Source: Candidatus Spongiisociaceae bacterium (GTDB lineage: Bacteria; Actinomycetota; Acidimicrobiia; Spongiisociales; Spongiisociaceae). Taken from it: DNA of 64,000 bases. Position 1 is the first letter of the stretch, and every line of letters starts with the position of its first letter. Both the position numbers and the translations under genes were made by a program. The stretch covers positions 256,001 through 320,000 of the forward strand of contig CBDCOH010000002.1 of NCBI GenBank assembly GCA_965219685.1, given 5' to 3'. Shown here in pieces: positions 9,242 to 19,579 of the stretch. Below the pieces are notes generated by a model. That model did no database searches and was not told the origin of the DNA. It saw nothing but the letters and a program-made list of their open reading frames with translations.

Positions 9242-11443
9242 ATGAACAACCCGACACCGTCTAGCCGGCTTCGGGTCGAAGTGCGTGAGATGCTCGACGG
9301 CTACGAGTTCGAGCCGTCGTGTGACGCTTGGATGCGGAAACCCGATCCTGTGTTCTCGCGTGAACTGGGGCGACGGGGATGGATCGGAATGACCCTGCCC
9401 CGCCGGTATGGGGGAGGGGCTCGGTCGTTCGTGGACCGGTTCGTGGTGACGGAGGAACTGTTGAGGGCGGGGGCCCCCGTGGCAGCGCACTGGATCGCCG
9501 ACCGCCAGATCGCTCCGACCGTCCTCAGATACGGCAGCGAACGGCTGAGGGAGGAGATCCTCCCCGGGATCTGCCGGGGCGAGCTCTACGTATGTGCCGG
9601 TATCAGTGAACCCGACACCGGATCCGACGTAGCCTCGTTGCGGACCAGGGCGAGGCGAGCCGGGTCCGGATGGATCGTCTCGGGTCGGAAGGTATGGACG
9701 ACCCTGGCCCACCGGGCGCACTTCATCTACGTGCTTGCACGTACCGATGATGGCGCCGGGGACCGCCATGCTGGACTCAGCGAGTTCCTGTTACCTATCG
9801 ATGCTCGCGGTATCACCATCTCCCCGATCCTGGACGCGTCCGGGGAGCACCACTTCAACGAGGTGGTGTTCGACGGGGTCGAGGTACCCGGATGGCGCCT
9901 TCTCGGAGAGGCCGGCATGGGATGGCGCCAGATCGTGCGCCAGCTCGATTACGAGCGCAGCGGTCCCGAACGCTTCTTGACGACGTTCCCGGCGTTCGAA
10001 GCCATCGCCGAGTCTGACGACAGCACCGGAGTTGCTTCACCTGTCGTCGGGTCCATCGTTGCCGAGTACTCCGTTCTGAGGATGATGTCGATGGCGATCG
10101 CGGTGGGAACCGACCGGGACTCGCCCCCCGGCTCGATAGCTGCGATGGCCAAGGACCTGGGCACCAGACTCGAGCAGCGCATCGGCACCGCGGTCCTGGA
10201 CCTGCACCCCTCGGAGGTCCCGGGCCTCGTCACGGACCCTCGAGACGATGCCTCAGGAGCACGGTTCGCCGAGAGCATCGTCTACTCACCGGTATTCACC
10301 CTGCGGGGTGGCACGAACGAGATCCTGAGGACGATCGTTGCCAAGCGTTACCTGGCAACCGGGCGGCGGGTCTCAGGGAAGGGCCGTCCCGACGAGGCAA
10401 GCGCACGGCTTCTCCGCGCCGACCCCGAACTCGAGATGCTCCACGACACCGCCATGGATGTCTTCGCCTCCACGAACTCCGCCGATGAGACATTGCGCGA
10501 GGGTGCGGCGCTGGGCTGGTTCTCCTCGTTCGTGCCGGTGGAGCACGGCGGGGAGGGAGATCCACCGACCTTCCGGTACCTGGCCACGATCCTACGAGCC
10601 CAGGGCCGGGCCGGCATCGACGTTCCCATCGCCGAGCAGGGCGTCGGCTGCTACCTGCTCGCCGCGGCGGGCGAGCCGGACCTGGCTGCGGAGGCAATGG
10701 AGGGTCGCCTCCGGGTCGGCATGCTGGTCGGCGGATGTGGTAGCGGAGGCGCGGGGTCTCAGGCCCGGATCATGACGACTCCGGGCCTTCAGGTGGCCGA
10801 CGTCGTGGTCACCTTTGACGGCAAGGGCCGGACGTCGATCGTCGAGCCCCGCGACGTGACGTACCGCGCATCGGTGAACCTGGCCGGTGACCCTCGCGAG
10901 AGTGGGCAAGCGGACGCCCGTGCGATGGAAGACGGTAGCCGCTCGACGACCGATCCGGTGGTCGAGTTGGCGGTCGAAGTGCTCGCTGCCTGCAGGGCAG
11001 CCCAGGTGGTGGGTGCGCTGGAGGAGATAACGAGGCTGAGCACGGACTACGCGGCGTCACGGGTACAGTTCGGAAGGCCGATCGCGCAGTTCCAGGCGGT
11101 CTCCCACATGCTGGCGACGATGGCCGAGCAGCAGGTCGCTGCAGGCATCGCGCTGGAGCGGCTGGAAGGCTCGGCCTTCGGAGAGGCATGGGCCTGGGGA
11201 GCGGCAGCAGTCAAGCACTGGACATGTTGCGCGGCCAGAACCACCTACCGTCTCGCTCATCAGATTCACGGCGCCATCGGTGTCACCGGCGAATACCCCC
11301 TACACCAGCTGACCCTGAGAGCCCTGGCCTGGAGCGAGGAATACGGGGGCCGTGCCTGGTGGGCGTCCCGGCTCGGGAGCCAGATCGCCGGTCATGGGCT
11401 AGATGCGTGGTGGGACTCCGTCTCGGAGATCGTCGATGGATGA
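9242..11443 (+). CDS. Acyl-CoA dehydrogenase with two ACAD modules fused
   Basis: N-module: SEPDTGSD, GRKVWT, FNEVVFD, YERSGPERF, GGTNEI. C-module: RVQFGRPIAQFQAV, HQIHGAIG. Confidence 0.9.
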   Translation: MNNPTPSSRLRVEVREMLDGYEFEPSCDAWMRKPDPVFSRELGRRGWIGMTLPRRYGGGARSFVDRFVVTEELLRAGAPVAAHWIADRQIAPTVLRYGSERLREEILPGICRGELYVCAGISEPDTGSDVASLRTRARRAGSGWIVSGRKVWTTLAHRAHFIYVLARTDDGAGDRHAGLSEFLLPIDARGITISPILDASGEHHFNEVVFDGVEVPGWRLLGEAGMGWRQIVRQLDYERSGPERFLTTFPAFEAIAESDDSTGVASPVVGSIVAEYSVLRMMSMAIAVGTDRDSPPGSIAAMAKDLGTRLEQRIGTAVLDLHPSEVPGLVTDPRDDASGARFAESIVYSPVFTLRGGTNEILRTIVAKRYLATGRRVSGKGRPDEASARLLRADPELEMLHDTAMDVFASTNSADETLREGAALGWFSSFVPVEHGGEGDPPTFRYLATILRAQGRAGIDVPIAEQGVGCYLLAAAGEPDLAAEAMEGRLRVGMLVGGCGSGGAGSQARIMTTPGLQVADVVVTFDGKGRTSIVEPRDVTYRASVNLAGDPRESGQADARAMEDGSRSTTDPVVELAVEVLAACRAAQVVGALEEITRLSTDYAASRVQFGRPIAQFQAVSHMLATMAEQQVAAGIALERLEGSAFGEAWAWGAAAVKHWTCCAARTTYRLAHQIHGAIGVTGEYPLHQLTLRALAWSEEYGGRAWWASRLGSQIAGHGLDAWWDSVSEIVDG

Positions 11444-12617
11444 GCGGCAAGAAGCCGTGGGGCACCCCAACGGTCCCTTGGAAGGGCTCCTGGTTGTGGA
11501 TTTCACCACCAACCTGCCCGGTCCGCTGTGTACCCAGAAGCTGGTCTGGATGGGCGCAACCGTGGTCAAGATCGAACCGCCCCAAGGGGATCCGACCCGC
11601 CATACCTACGGCGGGAACATGTACCAACTCACGAACGCCGGGAAACTGGCGGCGACGCTCGACCTCAAGAACGACCCCGAACGGGCACTGGCTCGCGACC
11701 TGTGCGCAGCCGCCGACATCGTGGTCGAGAGCTTCAGACCGGGGGTGGCTAAGCGGCTCGGTGTCGGCTACGGATTCGTGAGCGACGTGAATCCGCAGGT
11801 CGTCTACTGCTCGATGCCGGGGTACCGGTCATCCACACCCCGTGCGCAGCACCCGTCACACGATCTGACGGTGCTCGCCGAGTCCGGAGCCATCAGCCTT
11901 CCCGGTACGTGGCGTGAACGCGAGAAGGCAGCGCCCTCCCGTCCCAGCCTGCCCGTGGTCGACATCGCCGCCGCCGAGTCGGCCGTCCAGGCGATCCTTG
12001 CCGCCCTGGTCGGGAGGCAGCGAGGGCATCCACCATCCCGTATCGAGGTACCGCTCTCGGAGCCGATCGAGTACTGGTCCGCCGTCAGGGGAACGTCGGT
12101 GGCCGCAGGTGCGGACGAACCCATCCCTCCCTACCTGGACCCTGCCAACGATCTCTACCTGTGCGGCGACGGAGAGTGGGTTGCCGTGTCGGCCATCGAG
12201 CCAAAGTTCTGGACGCAACTCTGCAGGGTGATGTCGCTGGCCGACCATTGGCCGGAGGCCGACCCGGAGTCGTGGGATTGGCGACAACGCCAGCAGCACG
12301 GTCCCCACCTCCAGGACCAGATAGAGGCATGGATGCGCTCCCGGCCCCGGCCGGCTGCTCTCGATGAACTCGGCAAGCGGGGGATTCCGGTGGCTGCCGT
12401 TGTCCATCCCTCCGAGGTCTTCGAGGGCCGTAGCGCCCAGGAGTTGTCGCAGTGCCCACCGGCGTATTTCAACCCGTCGGGCGTGATCCTGCCGGCGGCG
12501 CCTGCCACTGACGCCCATGCTGAGATCGTTCGGCGCCTCCGATCCAGCGCCGGAGGTCGGAAGGATGAACACCGGCAGGGCCCTGGTTCCTCGTGCCCTG
12601 GGACTACCTCACAGTAG
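11436..12617 (+). CDS. CoA-transferase family III (CaiB/BaiF)
   Basis: 'PLEGLLVVDF..NLPGP', 'VVKIEPPQGDP', 'ADIVVESFRPG', 'HD'. Confidence 0.9.
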   Translation: MDERQEAVGHPNGPLEGLLVVDFTTNLPGPLCTQKLVWMGATVVKIEPPQGDPTRHTYGGNMYQLTNAGKLAATLDLKNDPERALARDLCAAADIVVESFRPGVAKRLGVGYGFVSDVNPQVVYCSMPGYRSSTPRAQHPSHDLTVLAESGAISLPGTWREREKAAPSRPSLPVVDIAAAESAVQAILAALVGRQRGHPPSRIEVPLSEPIEYWSAVRGTSVAAGADEPIPPYLDPANDLYLCGDGEWVAVSAIEPKFWTQLCRVMSLADHWPEADPESWDWRQRQQHGPHLQDQIEAWMRSRPRPAALDELGKRGIPVAAVVHPSEVFEGRSAQELSQCPPAYFNPSGVILPAAPATDAHAEIVRRLRSSAGGRKDEHRQGPGSSCPGTTSQ

Positions 12618-12865
12618 ACCTGCTATCTCTTCATCGGTCAGGCAATTCGCTTCAGCAGAGACCAGTCCGTCCAGTCCCCGACAGGCCCCCACCCCCTAAC
12701 ACACCGGTCTAGCCTGGTTGAACCGCCACGGCCTGATCGAGTTACTGAACGACGTCGGTACGCGCGGTGCGCAAGGCCGACTTGGATGACCAGAGGGCCG
12801 AGCCAGGCTTCTGGTTCGGCCCTCCAGAGTTGGGTGGACTCCATTGGGGTCCGTGATCCGAGGGT

Positions 12866-13747
12866 TCACCGTCGGCGGCGGGTCAGCACCATGTTCAACC
12901 CGGCCCCGGCGAGGAGGCCCATCGCCAGGAGATACAGCCACAGCAGCAGGCTCAGAGCCCCACCCAGCAGCCCGAACACCGCGTTCACGCCGCTGGAGGC
13001 CAACCCGAGGTAGGCGCTGAAACCTGCCGACACGACCAGCCACCACACGGTTGCTACCACCGCTCCTGGCAACTCCCATCGCCATGGCGCCTGCCTGCGG
13101 GACCCTATGTGGTAGACGGAGGTGGCCCACGAGACCACGACTGCGAACACCACAGGCCAGCGCAACCACCCCCAAGCCGTCGCAAACGCGGAGCCAGCTC
13201 CGATGCGCTCGGCAATCTCCTCACCGCCCCCCAGCAGAGGACCGACCACGACCATCGTGGCAACCAGCGCGGCCACCAGAATCGTGGAGAACGTCAGGCC
13301 GAGACCCAGGATCCGGGTGGACAGCCAGCTTCTGGGATGATCGTGGTCATACGCCACGTCCAGGGCGCGTATCACGGCCACGAAGCCCCGCGACGACGCG
13401 TATACCGTCAAGGCGATGCCAACCGTGATCAGTCCCGCATTCGACCGGTCGAAGAGCTCCGCGACGGTGGAGCGCAGAGTGTTGTCCGCGCCGAAGACCT
13501 GATGCACCTGGTCGAGTAGCCATTGCTCGGTGTCGGAGGCCGCGCTCTCGCCTATCAGCACATCGAGCGAGCCGAGCGCGGCGGCGAACACCACCACAGC
13601 CGGGAACAGTCCGAGGAGCGCGAAGAAGGCGATCTCAGCCGACAGCCCACCCACCCGTGCCCTTGACCAGTCGAGGCGAAGCTCCTCCGCGAACCGTACG
13701 ACCTCGCGTGCTGGTCCGCGGAGCTCCAAGTGTGTGAGACGACCCAT
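12866..13747 (-). CDS. YihY / virulence factor BrkB family membrane protein
   Basis: 'AEIAFFALLGLFP', 'ASSRG...ALDVAY', 'PGAVVAT', 'G.LGG...LLLWLY'. Confidence 0.9.
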   Translation of the reverse strand: MGRLTHLELRGPAREVVRFAEELRLDWSRARVGGLSAEIAFFALLGLFPAVVVFAAALGSLDVLIGESAASDTEQWLLDQVHQVFGADNTLRSTVAELFDRSNAGLITVGIALTVYASSRGFVAVIRALDVAYDHDHPRSWLSTRILGLGLTFSTILVAALVATMVVVGPLLGGGEEIAERIGAGSAFATAWGWLRWPVVFAVVVSWATSVYHIGSRRQAPWRWELPGAVVATVWWLVVSAGFSAYLGLASSGVNAVFGLLGGALSLLLWLYLLAMGLLAGAGLNMVLTRRRR

Positions 13748-13924
13748 ACCGGCCGATACTACGGCCGGTGATCGCGGACGGGTTGGCACACCGAAGCGGG
13801 GGTGGCTACCCCCGAAGGCCACCCGCGCTACCGGTTCTCGATAAGAACGGGGTGCATGTATTCTCGACGGCGTAGTGGTTATACCCCCTGCTCCACCACC
13901 CGACCCGTCTAGAGAGCCATCAGT

Positions 13925-16531
13925 GTGAAGACCTTCGTCAAAGCGTTCGCGTTCCTGGTGTCGAGAGCTCCCTGGGCGGTGGTGGTAACCACGCTGGTCC
14001 TGTTCGGGATCTTCGGTGTCCTGTCCACCCAGGTCGAGATAGGCCAGGGCAACGAGGGCCTCTCGCCCGACAACCCGGAACTGCTGGCCACCGACCGGAT
14101 CAGCGAGTTGTTCGGCGACGACGACACCCAGGAGAGCGTCATCCAGGTCATCGTTCGCAACCAGGGCGGCGACGTCTTCACCAAGGATGCCTACGACGTG
14201 GTGACCGCCGTCAACTCCGTGCTGGAGAGTGAGGCCCTGGCCGGCAAGCTCTCATCCGTCCCCGGAAGGGGAGCTTCGTTCAGCTACCTCGACCCGGCCA
14301 TCGACATGGCCGACGAGGAAGGCGTCGCGGTAGCCGGCGACGAGGACGTGAAGGACCTGTACATCAAGGCCACCACCGGGCCGCAGGCCAACCCGCAGTT
14401 CGCCTCGCTGGTCAGCCGGAACGGGGACCCGTCCTCGGCGACGGCCCAGGCCGGTCTGATACTGATATTCACCCAGGTGCCGGTAGGGGTCGAGGAGGAG
14501 GCATTCGACGAGGCGATCGAGAACGATTCGGCGGTGGCGGACGCCCTGCGGTCCATACCCACCCCCGAAGGGCTCGAGGTCATTCCCTTCAGCTTCACCC
14601 TGCTCTTCGAAGATGCCGGTGACGCCGGGAGCGAGATAGGGCGGCTCTTCGGGATGGCGGCCATGATCATCCTCGTCATTCTCTGCTTCGTCTACTGGCT
14701 CAAGCCGCCGGGCAGGGCCGCCCTCGTCCAGTCGGGGCGCCGGACCCTCGCCGACACCCTGCTCACCCTGTTCACCATCTTCGCCGCCATCACCTTCATG
14801 CAGGGGATCGGGGTCCTGCTGGAACGAGCCGGGATCATCGCCTCCTTCAACAACGTCACCCAGATCATCCCCATCCTGCTCATCGGACTGGGGGTCGACT
14901 ACGGAATCCACATCACGACCCGGTACCGCGAGGAGATCGGCCGCGGGCAGGATGTGGACGGCGCCGCCCGCACCGCCATCGGCACTGTGGGGATAGCCCT
15001 GGTTCTGGCCACCGTGACCACCGCCATCGGATTCCTCACCAACATCTTCAACCCGGTGCCGGCGCTGAAGGACTTCGGGATACTGGCGGCCATCGGGATA
15101 GTCGCCTCGTTCGTCCTGACCCTCACCTTCTTCCCGGCCGCCCGCAAGATCCTGGATCGAAGGACCGAGCGGCGGGGCAAGCTCTCGTGGGCATTCCTGC
15201 GGCTGCTGATCGTGGCCCGGAAGGTGGACCGCCATGTCGAGTCCAAGGGCACCCTGCCCGTCGCAGGCATGAAAGCCAACTCGGAACGCCTGCTGCCCTC
15301 CCTGATCGCCCGCACATCGGTCTTCGCCGAGAAGATCCCCGTTCTGATGATCCTGGTGGCCATGGTGTTGGGTGGTCTGGGGGTATGGGGCCTCTCCCAG
15401 TTGGAAACCCGGTTTTCGTTCACCGACTTCCTGCCCGACGACGCTCCCGGAATCCGGGCGCTCGAGATACTGCAGGAGGAGTTCGGAGGGGGCTTGGGCG
15501 AGTCCACCCAGGTGTTGATCGAAGGCGACGACCTGTCCAGGCCGGAGGTCCACAACGCCCTGGTCTCAGCCAGTGGGCGACTGGCTGAGGTCGCGAACGT
15601 GCTTGTCTTCCCGACTCCGGCCGGACCGATCGCCTCTTCCAGGTCACCTATCTCGATACTCAACTCCCTGAACCGGGGCGGCCCCCAGGGTCCGCCGTCC
15701 GAACCGGTCGTCACTGCGGCCCGGGCCGCCGGTGCGGGCCAGGATCTTCGAGTCCCCGCCGATGCCGATGTCACCCCTCTCTGGGACGCCATGTTCGAAG
15801 CGGCCCCCCAGCGGGCGGGGGACGTTCTCCACCGCAATGGGTCGGGCTACGACGCCCTGCGTTTCGATATCGGCACCCAGGCAGGGGAGACCGGAGCGCT
15901 GCAGCTGCGACAGGACCTCCTGGACAACTTCTCGGAAGTCTCCGACCTGGGGGTCAGCGTGATAACAACCTCCACCGAGATCATCACCAACCTGATCGTG
16001 AAGGAACTGGCTGAGTCGCAGACGAATTCGCTGCTCATCACCCTGGTGGTCGCCACCGTCGTGCTGATGGTCAGCTTCTGGTTCGAGAACCGCAGGCCCT
16101 TCCTGGGTGTGATCACCATGATCCCCGTGGCCCTGGTGGTGTTCTGGGTCTACGGGCTGATGTACGCCACGGGCATTCCCTTCGGACCGGTGACGGCCAC
16201 CCTGTCGGCCCTGTCGATAGGAATCGGGGTCCCCTACACCATCCACATCGCCCGCCGGTTCGGGGAGGACCGGGTCCGCATGGAGAGCCTCGACGAGGCC
16301 CTGCGCTCCACGTCCCGCCACACCGGCGGCGCACTAGCTGGGTCGGCGTTCACCACCATGGCCGGGTTCGGAATCCTGATCAGCTCCAGGCTCGTACCCT
16401 TCCAGCAGATGGGCCAGGTAACGGTCTATGCGGTCGGGCTCTCCCTAGTGGCAGCCATCCTGGTGCTCCCGTCCCTGCTGGCCCTATGGGAGAGGTGGCA
16501 CCGTCGGAGGGAAGCAGCAAGAACCGCCTGA
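13925..16531 (+). CDS. MMPL / RND family transporter
   Basis: Two-fold repeat; 'GLGVDYGIH' and 'GIGVPYTIH', 'TTAIGF' and 'TTMAGF'. Confidence 0.9.
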   Translation: MKTFVKAFAFLVSRAPWAVVVTTLVLFGIFGVLSTQVEIGQGNEGLSPDNPELLATDRISELFGDDDTQESVIQVIVRNQGGDVFTKDAYDVVTAVNSVLESEALAGKLSSVPGRGASFSYLDPAIDMADEEGVAVAGDEDVKDLYIKATTGPQANPQFASLVSRNGDPSSATAQAGLILIFTQVPVGVEEEAFDEAIENDSAVADALRSIPTPEGLEVIPFSFTLLFEDAGDAGSEIGRLFGMAAMIILVILCFVYWLKPPGRAALVQSGRRTLADTLLTLFTIFAAITFMQGIGVLLERAGIIASFNNVTQIIPILLIGLGVDYGIHITTRYREEIGRGQDVDGAARTAIGTVGIALVLATVTTAIGFLTNIFNPVPALKDFGILAAIGIVASFVLTLTFFPAARKILDRRTERRGKLSWAFLRLLIVARKVDRHVESKGTLPVAGMKANSERLLPSLIARTSVFAEKIPVLMILVAMVLGGLGVWGLSQLETRFSFTDFLPDDAPGIRALEILQEEFGGGLGESTQVLIEGDDLSRPEVHNALVSASGRLAEVANVLVFPTPAGPIASSRSPISILNSLNRGGPQGPPSEPVVTAARAAGAGQDLRVPADADVTPLWDAMFEAAPQRAGDVLHRNGSGYDALRFDIGTQAGETGALQLRQDLLDNFSEVSDLGVSVITTSTEIITNLIVKELAESQTNSLLITLVVATVVLMVSFWFENRRPFLGVITMIPVALVVFWVYGLMYATGIPFGPVTATLSALSIGIGVPYTIHIARRFGEDRVRMESLDEALRSTSRHTGGALAGSAFTTMAGFGILISSRLVPFQQMGQVTVYAVGLSLVAAILVLPSLLALWERWHRRREAARTA
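16464..16531 (+). repeat. 68-bp direct repeat, copy 1 (3' end of the MMPL gene including its stop)
   Basis: Aligns ungapped with 18306-18373, about 9 mismatches by eye. Confidence 0.85.
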
Positions 16532-16664
16532 CCGCGGGCTCGCAAGTGGTGGCGAGAGTGTCAATTGACCGATCGTATCACCCGGCTCCGCTGCTCCTCA
16601 TGATGCCGTAAGGCACCAAGCTCGAGCCGCTTCCCATCGACCAGCCTTCTCAAGGTACCCAGCC

Positions 16665-17182
16665 AGCTTCTGCAAGAGCCTCCATGCCAAGTGCTAGTTG
16701 AACGAGGACCGGGCACTACTGACTTCGATGAATCTGTACGAGTTCTCCCAGGTCAACAACTACGAGATGGGTGTACTCGTCGTCCGCGGAAAGGAACCAG
16801 AACTCTACGATGAGATCTATCGGGAGTCGATGCGGATCGTTAGGAGCAGCGATGAGGTCCGCATGACTGTTGCGCGAGTCGGCACCGCGAAGAAGGCTGA
16901 GCAGACCTCGAAACGCAAACACGGCCGACGAGGCGATCCTCTCGCCAGAAGCCGGACAGCGCATTCTGCATCCGGTGTAGGGAGACCCTGCCAGCCGACC
17001 CGGCGAAGGCGTACTGCAAACGGTGCTACCGGAGTTGGAACAGGTACAAGAACAGAGACTACAACGAGAAGCACTGCCACCTCTGTGGTAGTGACCACGC
17101 GGCGACGTTCAACAAGCCCGCATGTCCCAAGTGCTACAGAAAGTACAAGAAGGTCTTGACCTTCCCCACCGATCAGGCGTAG
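16665..17182 (+). pseudogene. Phospholipase D-family protein remnant with C-terminal Cys-rich zinc region
   Basis: '[30 protein letters not shown]' with TAG at 16695. A frameshift leads into 'CIRC..YCKRC..HCHLC..CPKC'. N-terminus is absent. Confidence 0.75.
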
Positions 17183-17260
17183 GCCACTGGCCGCTGGCTA
17201 CACCGCCACCGACTCCGAGGCGAACGCAAGGGAGGCCATCCGCCAACCCACTGAGGTTGA

Positions 17261-17312
17261 CCGCGCAGTTTTCAACCGGCCAAAACCGCGCAACATTCAA
17301 CCGGCCTTGACA
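17261..17312 (-). mobile_element. IS21-family terminal end, orphan remnant
   Basis: Minus strand begins TGTCAA, followed by two ~21-bp repeats (GGCCGGTTGAA..TGCGCGG) at 25-bp period. No transposase remains. Confidence 0.65.
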
Positions 17313-17662
17313 CTCACGAGGGTCGATCGGAAAGTCGTGGGAGGAGGGCCAACTACAAATGGTTCCTTACGAATAGGTGGGGCGCAGGGAGATCCACCAA
17401 GGATTCCACCTCGGTCGGCCCCTATCAGACTGGGCTGGCACGCAACGAGCCTGCCGCTCGGAGATCGACAACAGAGAACCCGTTCGAAGGCATCGCGCGA
17501 TCGCGGTGCTCCACGACTTCGGGCCGGCTCGTCGTACGAATCGTCGGACGTTCCCTCGCGTCCGCCGCACAGACGCCGGGTCTCGTCCTATCGAGCAGAG
17601 GACGGCTCATTCGGTGGAGGATTCGGGAGCCTGGGGCCGGCGTTCGTTGGTAGGCGCCCAAG

Positions 17663-18210
17663 TCAGCGGCACGATGCTCTACAGACAAGCAGGCGACTGG
17701 TGTCGAGGGAGGCGATATGGATGTTGCTGGCTCGTTCGACGCCTATGCAGTCGTGGGTCGAGACCGGTAGCGGGCGCCGTCGACTTCGATGCTGCATCGA
17801 CCTTGGATCACGAAGATCAGTACGTCCTCTTCGGGGTCGATTGCGATCCTGCGAGCGTCGCCTGGTTGGAGGTTCACGTTCTTGATCACCAGACGTAGGT
17901 TGGGGTGGGACAGCATGGTTTCGCCGGATGAGGAGGCCAGCGATCCCTTGATCACGTGATGTCCGCCGAGGCGGGGGAGCAGGTGGGCGAGTGGCAGGTC
18001 GAGTACCCTGCCGATTCTCAGCAGAACGGGGAGCGAGGCGTGCGAGCGTCCGTTTTCGATGTCGCTGAGGTGAGCAGCCGAGATGCCGGCCTCCACGGCC
18101 ACCTTCCGCAATGTCAGCGACAGCTTCGTGCGTCGATCCCTCAGGCGTTCCCCTACCTCCTGGGCCAACATTTCCGAGGCTTCGCGGTTTCTTTCGTGCA
18201 GGGTCCCCAT
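17663..18210 (-). pseudogene. XRE-family HTH + cupin regulator, frameshifted near the C-terminus
   Basis: 'LRKVAVEAGISAAHLSDIENG..ASL'; cupin 'VLIFVIQGRCSIEVDG'. The tail 'DCIGV..H' continues in another frame from ~17760. Confidence 0.7.
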
Positions 18211-18305
18211 CGGTCAGAAGAGGGCAGGGCTGGAGATGATGAGGATCCGGCAGCATGTGTCCCCGGTGTGTCGCGCCTCATGTGTCTCGTGGGCCGCGTA
18301 ACTGT

Positions 18306-18373
18306 TGCCCCTGTTCCTACTGGCCCTCTGGGAGAGGTGGTACCGCCGGAGGGAAGCAGCAAGGGCCGCCTGA
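18306..18373 (+). repeat. 68-bp direct repeat, copy 2 (degenerate duplicate of the MMPL 3' end, att-like)
   Basis: See copy 1. Followed by hairpin CACCCGG-N8-CCGGGTG. Confidence 0.85.
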
Positions 18374-18399
18374 TCACCCGGGCATCGCTCCGGGTGGTG

Positions 18400-18749
18400 G
18401 CTTGCGGACGAGGATGTCGAGGAGTACTCCCAGGTCCCGTGTCCCGGCACGTCCGGTTGTCTCGGCAATGCCCCTGAGCAGGTTTCGGAGGCTATCCCGT
18501 CTTACCGGTCGGCCCCACGCAGAAGCATGGGGTGGATGGGGTGCGGTCGTGATGTCGGCGAGAAGCTGATCTAGTAGGTGCCAGGCGATCGGGCTTCTGG
18601 GAGACTCCAGCAGGAGGGTGACAGTCCCGGGAATTCCAGAGCCGGTGCTGCCAGTTGGTGCGCCGGCCGAAGCAGTCGAGCAGTCGTGCCATTACCAGAG
18701 CAGTCGCGTTCTGAGCGCTTCCTGCGTTACGATCCGGTGCAGGATTCAC
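18400..18749 (-). pseudogene. Degraded gene fragment of unknown family
   Basis: Protein-like 'ARLLDCFGRRTNWQHRLWN / GTVTLLLE' split across two frames. Confidence 0.3.
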
Positions 18750-19579
18750 ATCCGACTTCTACCAGGGGAGAGCCGCCCTCCGGGCCCGCTCTCCCCAGCT
18801 ACTTTCCCCACGCTGAAGTGGCCCCCCGTGCCGTGATCGTGGGTTGTCGCGGCTACCGGGGAGACCGAACCAGTACCTTGGCGACTATCCACGAGGCCTT
18901 CCCTCCCGGAGACATGGACCTCTTTCATCAGCAACGCCAACCAGGTTGTTGGAAGGCGACTCATCAAGTGCTGAAGGAGGCCCTCACTGAACCCGCGAGC
19001 TTTGCTTTCATAGTTTCGATGGCTCGATCAGGCCCTAGGTCATCAGCCGGATCGGAGAGGAGAACGTGATGATCTCGGTCCGTGAGGAGAAGGTGCGCGT
19101 CCTGGACCGCCCGTCCCGACGGCGGATAGCGGTCTGGAGTCAGCTACGCCGATCATGCTCGGCTACCGAAGAGTCCACACCGCCCCCGGTAGAAGCACCG
19201 TCATGAAAGTGGTCGCCCTGACGAAGGCAGTCTGTGATCCGGTTGAAGTCACGACTCCGGCGGGTGATAATGCGATTGCCGAGGGCAGTAGACCAAGGAA
19301 GTAGGTCCGGCTCCTCTCCGGACGGAGAGCGGCCGGGCCAGCGTCCGTCCAGGGAGGATGAGAAACAAGGCATCCGGGCTGCTGGTGATGTCACTCGCCG
19401 ACCAGAGCGTTGCCAACCAGCCGGCAACCCCCGTTAGCCGCGTAGAGCCACCAAACATCTACGGAGGAGTCGTGCGTTCCAGAGCGACTGTGGACATGAG
19501 TTTGGGCTGTACAATTGAAGTCAGCTATGGATAACACGTAACTATAAGGTCTGTAACGTAACTCGGTTGAAGTAGCGGC

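Noticed and set aside
18765-18797. Strong GC hairpin GGGGAGAGC...GCTCTCCCC
   Set aside because: Single copy with no U-tract and no associated gene; no function can be assigned.
19075-19140. Minus-strand 'IRRRDGRSRTRTFSSRTE' resembles an integrase N-terminal arm
   Set aside because: Too short, and no catalytic domain follows.
19537-19562. CGTAACTATAAGGTCTGTAACGTAAC resembles the 23S rRNA I-CeuI site and contains GTAAC repeats
   Set aside because: Only a partial, gapped match with no flanking rRNA sequence; likely chance.
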